Positions 1 through 12,800 of a stretch of DNA of 64,000 bases are shown one piece after another. The DNA is taken from positions 10,349,812 to 10,413,811 of the forward strand of contig NC_092675.1 of assembly GCF_964355755.1 (NCBI RefSeq). Direction: 5' to 3'. Position 1 is the first letter of the stretch. Each line of letters starts with the position of its first letter. The notes below the pieces were generated by a model that did no database searches, was not told where the DNA came from, and worked only from the letters and a program-made list of their open reading frames with translations. Both the position numbers and the translations under genes were made by a program. Source of the DNA: Antedon mediterranea (Eukaryota > Animalia > Echinodermata).

Positions 1-1754
1 ATGGACGTTTATTAGATAGTTGGGTTGAGGGGGGGGGGGGGGATTATTATTCAAAGTGATGTTTTATTGGAGAGGCATTTATTCAAATAAATACCATGAC
101 TCCTAATAATTATTCATACATTATTTAATTTAAACATCTTTTGTGAAACTAACTGAGTGGGCCCAAGAAAGAAGACATTACAGCTTGCAACATGAGCAGA
201 CATCTCGGTCCTAACGGGACACAGGAAGAAAGCCTACAGTTATTCCTGCCAGCTTACTCAATAAAACTCAGCTATCGGGATTTCACTCGATTTTAAACTA
301 AATGTCTTATCATCAAATCTCACATCAAATTTTATAATACTATTCCCCACAATATAATCCGATTCTTTATGGCGTATATTTAATTTGATCTTTATTAATT
401 TGCAGTATAATTTCTATTTTTTAACTACTGTACCTTTAGACCGGGCGCCCGGAAGATTTATTCATGTGAAAAGATACAAAAGGTTTGATGATGTAGTTAG
501 GTGCGTATTAGGGTGAGATGCAATATTCGACATTGCTGCCGGGTCACAGCCTGTACATGGGGCCTGTGGGGATCATAACATAGGGTGGTAAAAATGCATT
601 TATTCATGTTAAGCGATACAAGGATAAACTTTTTTGGATATTATTCGCAGTGGGCTACTAATGATTACATCCCCAATGACAGCAACTTTATCCTGTACGG
701 GGCGCCAAACAGCAACATTTTAGGGCCACACCCAAATGGGTATATTCATGTGAAGCGATACAAGGTTGAATCTTTTTTTAATGGCAGCAGTACATATTGG
801 GGATGACAAAAACACCAATGACAGCAACTTTATCCTGTACATAAGCTCAGACAGCAGCCCTACAGGTCCGCAGTTTCCCTCTATTCGGCTATATACTCGG
901 CGCGTATGTCGTCTTATGGCGTTCAGCTGAGTTAGAAATACGTGATACGGACTCGGACTGACAATAGCCTAAATACACAGTAGAATGATAAAACAATAAA
1001 TAAAGAGAGCAGTTGTTTGCTGTACCAAATCATCAAACATCAAACTCTTAGGAACTCGCCCAAAATGGGTTTATCCATGAAGTATGAATCATTTTTAAAA
1101 AAATGTTGTTTTTTTTTCACTTTATCCGGTACACAGCAGCTCAAATGCCCGAGGCTCCATTCGTGATCAACAATGTTGATAATACAAACACATTCACGAT
1201 AACGAGTGACTTTTATTTTATAATTGAAATATATCTTTAATTTGGGGAATAAAATAACACCAACAAAAACACTTAAAATAACCAACAGCAGATTTGTATT
1301 TTAGGGTAACATTTTGAACAATCTATTTTATATCAAAATCATTATTTCGATCAAAATAATATAATTTAAGAATATTTTTCAGATAAACTAAATAATTACA
1401 CTCATAATGATCGACACCGGTACCTATAATATTGTACATTATTATTATAACTCGATTTAAATATTGTTTTAATTACACACTAGACACCATAGTGATATGT
1501 CTATATGAAAAAAGGCAACAAAATCTAAATTTGCAACATTTTTTAACATAACATAACATAATAGTAAAGTAAATAATAGTTCGAATTCAACATAATCACT
1601 TAGAGAATTGGTAAGGTATAGATTAGACTATCGATTGCACACTATTACTGTATTTTTAACTCAATTTAAATTTTAAAAAAGTAACCGTTTTCATGTGAAT
1701 TAGCCTGATAAAAACCAACAAATAACTTAATCTGCGCTGCCAACATTTTAAACA

Positions 1755-2460
1755 TCGTTACTTGTCCATAATGGATCGACTACTGTATCGATTACTGCAC
1801 ATTGTTTTACTTTAACTGAACCAAAGTCAAACTTTTAATTGTTACTGTACTAACATTAGACAGTGATATCTGATAAAAGGCAACATTAATTAATATTAAT
1901 AATACTGAACCAAATTAAATATCGTTACTTATCCACAATGGATCGACTACTGTATTGATTATTGCACATTATTTTACTAACTAACATAAGAAAGTGATAT
2001 CTGATAAAACACAACAAACTGAATCGAATTCAATATTGTTACTTATCCAAAATGGATCGATAACTGTATTGATTACTGTACATTATTTTACTATAACTGC
2101 CCTAGTCAAATTTAAAATTGTTACTGTACTAACATAAGAAAGTGATATCTGATAAAACGCAACAAACTGAATCGAATTCAATATCGTTACTTATCCAAAA
2201 TGGATCGACTACTGTATTGATTACTGTACATTATTTTACTATAACTGCCCAAGTCAAATTTAAAATTGTTACTGTACTAACATTAGACAGTGATATCTGC
2301 AACATACTCAGGGCCAAATTAAATATCGTTACTTATCCATAATGGATCGACTACTGTATCGATTATTGCACATTATTTTACTATAACTGCCCAAGTCAAA
2401 TTTAAAATTGTTACATTAATAACACTGGACCAAATTAAATATCGTTACTTATCTCTAACT
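1755..2460. repeat. Degenerate ~120-170-bp tandem subrepeats in the Academ left arm (mirrored at ~3700-4345)
   Basis: Recurrent ATCGTTACTTATCCAnAATGGATCGACTACTGTA...AACATTAGACAGTGATATCTG blocks. Confidence 0.85.
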
Positions 2461-2699
2461 GAACCCAGGTCGAATATTTTACATGCAGTGTAACTACCGA
2501 CACACTGTAAAAGCACAATTGAACAAAGACATCGAGGTTACTGGCTGTATGCATTAAATAACTAAATATTGTACATTCCTCATATTCCATTACTAGCTGA
2601 ACAGAATACACGATATAATAAAACCAATAGGGGCTATTGGATTTCTTTTTACATGATTTGTGACAGCGTCATTTATAAATTTGATTATATCACACTGTA

Positions 2700-3318
2700 A
2701 TGATACTGGATTTTACCGCAAAGGCAAGTCAATCCCATTTACATATTATTTAGTGAAGGACAAGAAACATGCTGCTGCATTAAAATCGCTTTGTGGTGAC
2801 AGGATGGACAAACCCGCAGTCACTGCCTATGTATGCAAGATATATGGGTTTAAAAGCATGAACAGTATTAATGAGGCCAGGTACCAATCGTTTTGCAAAA
2901 TGACAACTGGAAAGAAGAAATTCAAGAAGATCAACTGTTCCGTCATTGCCACCATGTGAAATCACCCAGCATCTGTTGAGGGCAAATTATGTATCTATTA
3001 TGTGGAGACACGCTCATACTCCTCAGCCAACACAAAACCTACAGTGACCCATTAAACTATGGATGGGTTGATAATGGTGATGGAAGGTATGTACCTAAAT
3101 GGTTTAATGGAAATGCTCTACCAGATACGTTGACTAGTGATCCACACTCGGAACAAAGTGCTGAATCAAACACAGTTCTTGACGATACTGATGCAGGAAT
3201 ATTGGAACAAAGTGATGATGAAGAACTTGAAATAATAGATTTTGAAGCTGAAATCGATGATGACCAACCTTGGAGTGATGACAGTGACAGTGAAAGTGAC
3301 TGTGATGATGACGAATAG
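2700..3318 (+). pseudogene. Frameshifted remnant of XPG-like domain-containing transposon protein C-terminus
   Basis: ORFs 2660-2959 and 2989-3318 in different frames carry consecutive motifs then an acidic tail. Confidence 0.65.
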
Positions 3319-6300
3319 ATAAACTCAAAAGATTAAGCATTACGGCTGATTTAATAGTTTTTAATCATTTACATGAAACATTTGAGAGTTTTGAAGTAAA
3401 TATTGTATAATATATCAAATGTAAATACTGAACTATTTGATCCATAGATAGTTGGCAAGAAGAATCCAGTATCATTACAGTGTGATATAATCAAATTTAT
3501 AAATGACGCTGTCACAAATCATTTAAAAAGAAATCCAATAGCCCCTATTGGTTTTATTATATCGTGTATTCTGTTTAGCTAGTAACAATGGAATATGATG
3601 AATGTACAATATTCAGTTATTTAATGCATACAGCCAGTAACCTCGATGTCTTTGCTCAATTGTGCTTTTACAATGTATTCGACCTGGGTTCAGTTAGAGA
3701 AAAATAATGTACAATAATCAATACAGTAGTTGATCCATTGTGGATAAGTAACGATATTTAATTTTTTCCAGTATTATTAATGTTGCCTTTTATCAGATAT
3801 CACTGTATAATGTTAGTGCAGTAACAATTTTAAATTTGAATTGGGCAGTTATAGTAAAATAATTTGCAATATCGATACAGTAGTCAATCCATTATGGATA
3901 AGTAACGATATTTAATTTGGTCCTGAGTATGTTGCATTTTATCAGATATCACTGTCTAATGTTAGTACAGTAACAATTTTAAATTTGACTAGGGCAGTTA
4001 TAGTAAAATAATGTACAGTAATCAATACAGTAGTCGATCCATTTTGGATAAGTAACGATATTTAATTCGATTCAGTTTGTTGCGTTTTATCAGATATAAC
4101 TTTCTTATGTTAGTTAGTAAATAATGTGCAATAATCAATACAGTAGTCGATCCATTGTGGATAAGTAACGATATTTAATTTGGTTCAGTATTATTATTAT
4201 TAATTAATGTTGCCTTTTATCAGATATCACTGTCTAATGTTAGTACAGTAACAATTAAAAATTTGACTTTGTTTCAGTTAAAGTAAAACAATGTGCAGTA
4301 ATCGATACAGTATAGTCGATCCATTATGGACAAGTAACGATGTTTAAAATGTTGGCAGCGCAGATTAAGTTATTTGTTGGTTTTTATCAGTCTAATTCAC
4401 ATGAAAAAGGTTACTTTTTAAAAATTTAAATTGAGTTAAAAATACAGTAATAGTGTGCCACCGATAGTTTAATCTATACCTTACCAATTCTCTAAGTGAT
4501 TATGTTGAATTCGAACTATTATTTACTTTACTTTATGTTATGTTATGTTAAAAAATGTTGCAAATTTAGATTTCGTTGCCTTTTTTCATATATCACTAAG
4601 TGTCTAGTGTGTAATTAAAACGATATTTAAATCGAGTTATAATAATAATGTACAATAATCGGTACCGGTGTCGATCATTATGAGTGTAATTATTTAGTTT
4701 ATCTGAAAAATATTCTTAAATTATATTATTTTGATCGAAATAATGATTTTGATATAATATTGATTGTTCAAAATGTTACCCTAAAATACAAATCTGCTGT
4801 TGGTTATTTTAAGTGTTTTTGTTGGTATTATTTATTATTCCAAAATGAAGATATATTTCAATTATAAAATAAAAGTCACTCGTTATCGTGAATGTGTGGG
4901 CATTTGAGCTGCTGTGTACTGGATAAAGTGAAAAAAAAACACATTTTTTCAAAAATGATTACACACTTCATAGATAAACCCATTTTGGGCGAGTTCCTAA
5001 GAGTTTGATGTTTGATGATTTGGCACAGGAAACAACTGCTGTCTTTATTTATTGTTTTATCATTCTACTGTGTATTTATTGTCAGTCCGAGTCCGTATTT
5101 CTAACTCAGCTGAACGCTATTAGACGACATACGCACCGAGTATATAACCGAACAGTAAACGGCGGACCTTTAGGGCTGCTGTCTGAGCTTATGTACAGGA
5201 TAAAGTTGCTGTCATTGGTGTTTTTGTCATCCCCAATATATACTGCTGCCATTAAAAAAAGATTCAACCTTGTATCGCTTCACATGAATAAACCCATTTG
5301 GGCGTGGCCCTAAAATGTTGCTGTTTGGCGCCCCGTACAGGATAAAGTTGCTGTCATTGGTGATGTAATGATTAGTAGCCCACTGCGAATGATATCCAAA
5401 AAAGTTTTTCCTTGTATCGCTTCACATAAATAAATGCATTTTTACCCCCCTATGTTATGATCCCCACAGGCCCAATGTACAGGCTGTGACCCGGCAGCAA
5501 TGTCGAATATTGTTTCTCGCCCTAATACGCACCTAACTACATCATCAAACCTTTTGTATCTTTTCACATGAATAAATCTTCCGGGCGCCCGGTCTACTTC
5601 ACACACGCGCGGTATGTTTTAAAATAAACAAAAAACTGAAATGGCTATGACTAATGGCCAACTTAAGCTCCAGTCCAACTATCTGATTTTTTTTCGTCTT
5701 CACTGTATTGATTGATGGAAAGTGCCTGTTTCCAGTCACCTTTAGGGTCAAATCTATTATTTTAACTGCTCCCTTGTGTATAAAAGAGAGACAATAGTTG
5801 AAACCAGGTTGTTGCAAGGTGAACTTATCGTAAACCCGGAAATTACTTTTACCGCGAAGAATTGAAATTGAGTTGAAAATTTACTGTTGAAATCATAAAT
5901 TTTGTTAAAAAACTCTTTATAATATCTTCCTAAGATAGAAATATGGAACAAAAGCGTCGAACTGAACACTAATGTTATCAAATCTACGTTTCGCGGTACA
6001 TCTGAGATAGATAAGGTAGGTATCAAAGGCGGAGATTTGTACCGAAGTTTTTGCATTGTGCTCGCCTATGTCAGAATTAACCATAATTTATATATAGATT
6101 CATATTACATTTCATTATTATAACAATTTTTAGGACATTAAACAACGAATTATTTTTAAACTAATGTTAATTACATATAAATCTCTTCATGACAAATCCC
6201 CATAATATATTTCCAATTTAATTATACGTAGATCTTCAGTTTGCAAAAGATCGCTTAGGTCGAACACTAATCCATCTGCACTTTTTGTTCCACCCAGCCG

Positions 6301-6762
6301 CCTTAACACCTAAACTGTGGAACAATCTTCTTTCCTATTAAAAATGCATCCTCTATCATAGTTTTCAAAACACTTTTAAAAACCCATCTTTTTTTTAATT
6401 TCTTACAGTTTTCTCTCAGCACGTATGGAACAATCTTTTGATTGTGTAAGCGCTATATAAATCGAACAACATAACATAACATTCAAGGACAAATGTCAAT
6501 TTCAAGGACTTGGAAAAAAGTAATTTATTTTTCCATGACTTTCAAGGAATTTAAGGATGCGTACGAACCCTGATATGGGCACATCACATTTTGTTGTCAC
6601 ATAAAGTTTGATAGTGTAGACTGAGCTTTACCCTTGAAAAAGCAAATAAGAAATGTTGACTTCACAAATTGAAAAAAAGGGTATGTCAAACAAAATGTTG
6701 TAAGTATAATGATTTTATTGTATTTCCCATTCAAATGAACAAGTAGAATAAAAAAGTCTCAC

Positions 6763-6832
6763 CTGACACCTGGCTCGACCAGCAGAAAGTCGCTTTGCGT
6801 AATCATCAGCAACATGTTGCTTTTCAGTGCCA
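6763..6832 (-). CDS. MAN2B1: MAN2B1-like exon 11
   Basis: [23 protein letters not shown] then GTGAG donor. Confidence 0.9.
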
Positions 6833-9800
6833 CTGAAATAAGGTAGAAATATTTAGGACGATGTTTTGGAAAATTTTGATGTGTACCAACTAGTAAGTAG
6901 GTTTCGTCGGATGGAACTCTAACACAACTTTTAGATCACTAGCCTCGCATTAATATTTTTTCAGTAATTTAACAATTTCAATCAAGACAAATGCATTACT
7001 GTATCTATCAATCTTGGTAACTGTAATAACACAAACAGGGTGACACTAAAATGCATATTGACAGATGTAATAAAAATAATATAATGCAAACAACGATTAA
7101 ATTCTCATTTACTTACTTGTACTGATTAAACATTAATTTTATAAAACACTCTCATAAAACAATTAAAATTCTTACCTGACTGCATCATGATGTTGGGCAA
7201 CAGCCATGGCTCGCTCTATATAAACGTAGATTAATGTTATTCATACAAAATAATTGTGATTTTTTTTAAAACCCATTATAACACACTCTCCATTAAAAAG
7301 TTTTGAGACGGAAAACCAAATACAAAAAAAAAAATGTTACTAGTCAGCATCATGTTTTAAAAACCTTGTAAAACTCATGCTTAGCCAGTTTCTGTTTAGA
7401 CTGGAGACTGACCTCAGAAAAAAAATTGTACTTTTTTATGTAAAACTCAAGTTTGGAAATTATGATTGTCTCAATTCAGATTGGAAAAAAAAACCATGAG
7501 ACAACCTAAAGTGCCTAAGTGGTCTCCGCTTGGAATACAAACTGAACCTTTTAAATAAAATTTGTAAACTTTATAAACTTACTGAGAATTTCGGATGAGA
7601 ACTTAGATTTTTTAAGAATTTCCAATTGTTTGCATATCTATAAATAATTGGAAGAAAAGAAAAAACTATCAGAATACACAAATACAAAGTAATCTTGTAT
7701 GTTTGGATGGATTTTCTATATTATTAGTGAATCTTACAAATCTTAATTTAATAAATAAAGCAAATAATTAGGGTGGAGATAATTTGTTGTTGTGAGATGA
7801 GGCAGGATTAGAATACCTGGGTATCATCATCATCAAGCATGGAACAACTTGATATTAAATCGTCTTTTGATCAATTAGGTTAGATTTTACAGGTTTCACT
7901 GTCACAACCAAATCATCCAACATCAATATCAAATATTATACAAATAATAAATGTTTATGAATAGAATGGTGAGAATACTTCATGAGTTGAAAATCTCCAT
8001 TCAACAAAATACAAAACATTCATTTATCAGTCAACAACATCACATGTCAAAAATTTTAAAATTTTTTAAGAAAGAAGAACAGGCATTAGAGCATGTTTAT
8101 TATCACCATTGGATATCACTTTTTCATTGACACATGATGTGTATTTGACCAATCAAATTGCAAGAATACAATCAGGTGTGTCATTTTCTAAATAACTAGG
8201 ATTTTTATAAGTAAAAAGGAATTTAGTGTACCTGCAATATATTATTTGATTCTCTGACATAACCTTTAATGGAAGGTCGACTGGTGAAGTACCCTGACCA
8301 GTAGTTATGTGGTGCATCACCGTAAGGAAATAGGTCATCGCTTTTAGTGTTCCATGTTACACCAGCTTCATTTAAACTTTTAACGTAACATGCTGGGTTA
8401 GAATACAGTAGATGTATGTTTGTAGAATTTGTCTAATAGATATAAAACAAATGTATTATAATTGAAATTTAAGCACAATGCATTACAGGTTTTTTTAAAG
8501 AAATAATTCCAAGATGAAAAAAAAAAATGATTTCACTCATAAAAAGACAAAATGAACAGATAAATTTAACCAAAAATTTAAATATTTTAACAATATTTTA
8601 GTTGTAGACCCAATTTTTAGTCAAAGTGGATAACTATTTGTGACATTAAAATGGCATATTCAACAAAAACATTTGAAGCAATTATTTTTTCGGGACTTTA
8701 TCTGATAACATTTTACAATCTAATACTGTATATTATGTCCTTTGTCATCTTGATTAAATTGGGTTCAATACAAACACAATTATTGAATAAATGTATATTT
8801 TGAAAACTTCTTTTTATCAATGATAAATCCTATCTCTTTTCTTATCAATTAAAAAAAAACATACGGTACCTTCTCATTTACATATTTAATAAGCTTATCA
8901 AGATTTTTATACCAAGGAATGGCATTCTCATATTCAAAATCCATTCCCATTGTCATCATGATGTTATTGGTCTTGAAATGTTTAGCCTGTACAAAAACAA
9001 TATTAATGTTAAACAAAGCTTGATACATATATATCAGTATAGTATATAGCCAGTATACAAAAATGTTGTTTTAATCTACCCATTAAAATGGTAATTACCA
9101 ATGTAAATCATCTGTAGCGGATTACAAACAAGATAAAATCCAGTTTCTATTATTAAACATTTTTGGAGTGTCTCTTGCATGAATATTTTGTTTAAAATAG
9201 ACATGTTTGTTACCTGATCTTGTACAGCCGATATAAAATCTGTCACTCTTTGGTCAACATTGTAGCCTGACAAATTCTTATCATCCTACATAACATTGAA
9301 ATGCAAGATTGTTTATTTCAACTTATAATTATAAGTTAGCATATTCAAATATTATTATTATAGTATGTAGTAGTAAAAAGTAGATATTGATGGACTGACA
9401 TAATTAATTTTTATACTATATAGATACTATAGTATTTAAATACAAAGGCAAATTACTGAAAAAATGACAATGCTGTGGGTATCAGTGGCTGGATCTCAAT
9501 GGAAATACAAAACAAAACAAGCCAAAAAACTAAATCAAAATGGTAAAGTAAAACAGCCAGAAAAAATGTGCACAGTATACTAATAGCATATATATATTAA
9601 CTCAATCAGAGCCTAATTAAATTAAGTTAACAATTTTTGACTAGATATACTAACCAGAGTCTTAGGGCTTTTGATTTTCGATGAATAACAACCTACTCAG
9701 GTCAATCAGGGTTTCATCGTTTGCCACTGGAGTGAGGAAACACATTCCAATATCCTTGCATGTGCACAATGAATTAACATGACATTGGTTGCCGGTCATC

Positions 9801-12800
9801 GTAAAAATCAAAAGCTCCCTATTTAAAACCTGGATTTTCTATAATAATCTCAAATAAAAAAACATTCCTAACAATAGTTTAAAAATTAACTGAAAATATA
9901 AAAATTACTTGAATTGGAGGATCGTGACAAGCCTCATCAAAACAAAATCCATGTGGAGGTCCATAAAGGGGACCATACAAGGTACCAAAAAACATATCAG
10001 CTGATGAACCAAGGTTTGGGTTACTCTTCCACATTGCCTCTAGGTTTTTTAATTTCATTCGTTCTGCTTGATCTGCATAGTCGATACGAGCGAAAAAGAA
10101 TGCATCAAAGCTCATCTGAAAAACAAAAATATCATTCTCAAGTGAGATTATTTTTGAAATTCATTCAATATAGATTTAATATGAAACTAGATTTGAACTT
10201 GTCAAATTCATCAAAATGAATAAAATCTACTACAGTAGGATTGAAACAAAAAAAAATTGAAAGAAATTGATTAGAAATTAATTTTGCTCATTTTGAAATT
10301 TCAAATACGTATAATTGCGTAATTTTTTGCATAGCATGCTATTTTTATCATGTCAAAATTTGCTCTATATTATGGAATACACTTTTGTTTCAGATTTTTT
10401 TCAGAATTTGTGATCAACAATAAATTTCATAAAATTGTGCGCAACTCTAATGTCATATAACAAGGTTTCTTGCACAGTTAGAGGTCAACTTCTGACAAAT
10501 TTATACAATCTTATGTTAACAAGAATTAGAGATACGCTGCGAACAAACTTTGTGGAAAAAATAAGGAAGGATAAGATAGAAAAAAATCAACAAAAAAAAG
10601 GATACTGACAATAACAAGGGGTTATCCGCGGATAAACAATGAATGAACAAACATACAACATACATTTTTTTTGTATCCAGTTCATTTTAAAAGTGTCCCT
10701 GACTATTATTTTTCTCTTTTTGTAGTTTGTTTATTTGTAAATATATGTATGCAATAAAAGTATAAGAATAAGAATTATTACTATTTTCTATTCAAAACTA
10801 TGTATAGTGTAAACAACAATAAATATCTTATTTATAAAATCTATCCGCACAAGATTCTGATCTACAGTACTGTGTAATATACAGTATAATTATATTAATT
10901 ATTCTCTACAAATACTCTTTCCAGAAGTGAGGAGATTGAAAACCAGCTGCATTTATACCTGTGCAAACAAAGAGGATTGTTCCCTTGAGTGTCCGAATGG
11001 ATCAATGTGCCAAGCAATTAGAGGTCGTCCGCAGGCTCCAAATGTTTCTTCAAGAAATTTTAAGCCGACAGTCATCTGATCAATGATGGCATTGTAGTGT
11101 GTTGTGGCCTCATCATTCATGCACCATCCACCATTAATGAACATTAAACGTCCTAGGATATTTTTAACAATTAAAACTGTATGAGTGAAAAACAAGAGGC
11201 AAGAATCTGTCATGGGATGGTGAGTTTCCCATAAACTGATTTGTTCCATTGTTTTTTTAGCATACAAGTACAAACCCTATTTACTTTCAGTTGCATTTTC
11301 TGAAATTCAGGGTGGTTTGGCTATTGGACTCCCTTGCATCCATCTATGTAACATCAACTGTGGATATATGTGCTTTATACCTTCTTACCTTCATTAACAA
11401 GTTGTTTAACAATGCTTTTAGTTGAATCTGTTTGGTGACACCACCATCGCTCAAAAAATGCAACCTCAACATAGATGAATTTCCTATTTGCATTCACTTG
11501 CAACTCGGACACAACCGAGTCTAAAATGTACTGGACTCCTGCATGTTGTATACTGTTATTTGCTATAAGAAAAAAAAACAAATAAGCAGATGCTTACATA
11601 ATGTTACTGCATGGAAATTATATGAGCTGGAAAATTTTGGAGAAGTTATTTTTAATTAAAGATATATTTTCCCCCAAAGAATGAAAAAAATATTTTCTTG
11701 GGGATTTAGCAGTCCACTACAGTACAATGTATCCCTCTTCTAAAGCACACTCTTTTGCAAACTGCAACAAATTGACTTAAAAAAAGCTTATGATACTATT
11801 GATCATCATATGTTTTTCAACAAATTAAAAATATATAATTGTAGTAAATATTGTATTAACTGGTTTAAGAGTTACCCGAAGTGATCAAACTCAAACTTGT
11901 ATAAATGGTATCAAATTATCAAGTGTGGAATGTCACAGGGCTCCCTTATTGGATCAGTTGCCTTCCTGATATATATTAATGACCCGCCAAATTGTATTTC
12001 TCACTGCAGTGTAAGTTTATTATGCTGATGATACTGCAATCTGATATTCCTCTAATTCAACTATGTTATAACTGTATGTTGAAATAGCAATACCAAACAT
12101 AAACAATTGGCTTTAATGAAAGCAACAAACTTAGTATTAACAGGCCTTGTCTTTTAGAAATTGAAGGTGTGCAACAAATTGCACTCCTCAATACATTCAG
12201 GGGTGCTGAAGATGTGCTGTTTGTATTTTGATGTGTAGAAGTTTACCAAATTTAAGCGTGTTGTAAATCGCACTCCTCAAGGGCATTTTAGGAGTGTGTT
12301 AGGTGAGAGATCGCACTCGCTCGTCTTAAAAGACAACACCGGTATTAATGTTAAAAATTCAAAATTTATGTTAATTGGATCATATACATGTTAAAATTAA
12401 AAGCCAAACCATTTATTCCAAAACTAGTATAAAAAGTATAAAAGTATTAGTTTTGCCCCACGTTGTATAAATAGTATCTCGGTTTGCTTTTTCTCTGTTT
12501 CCTCCCAATCCTTCAGTATTATATAGGCACTGAATTACTATACCTCCATAATAGTATTCATCGACTGTCTTCAACCATCCAACATCATCATGAGTGTGAG
12601 GGACTAAATGAACATTGATGGCACCCTCTTTTGTACCAGTGCAAGACTGAAATATAAAAATTGTTACAGTAAATAATGTAAATGTAATACATTACATTTT
12701 AGATACACTGTGAATAATCAGTAGGCTATTAAGAAATGGTGATTTGTTTATTGTCTAAACAAAACATTAAACATCTGGTCATGCTAATATTCGCATGACC

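Larger units (their letters stand above)
437..5596 (+). mobile_element. Non-autonomous Academ-like DNA transposon with ~2.2-kb inverted arms (foldback)
   Basis: TAG...CTA termini, 3-bp TSD CTT (434-436, 5597-5599), arms 437-2712 and 3463-5596 are reverse complements; core encodes GFYRKGK...INEARY...PLNYGW...PKW remnant resembling the XPG-like C-terminal part of Academ proteins. Confidence 0.8.

Noticed and set aside
585-1285. Short ORFs in the Academ arms (also 5005-5313)
   Set aside because: No recognisable motifs and not preserved between the two arms.
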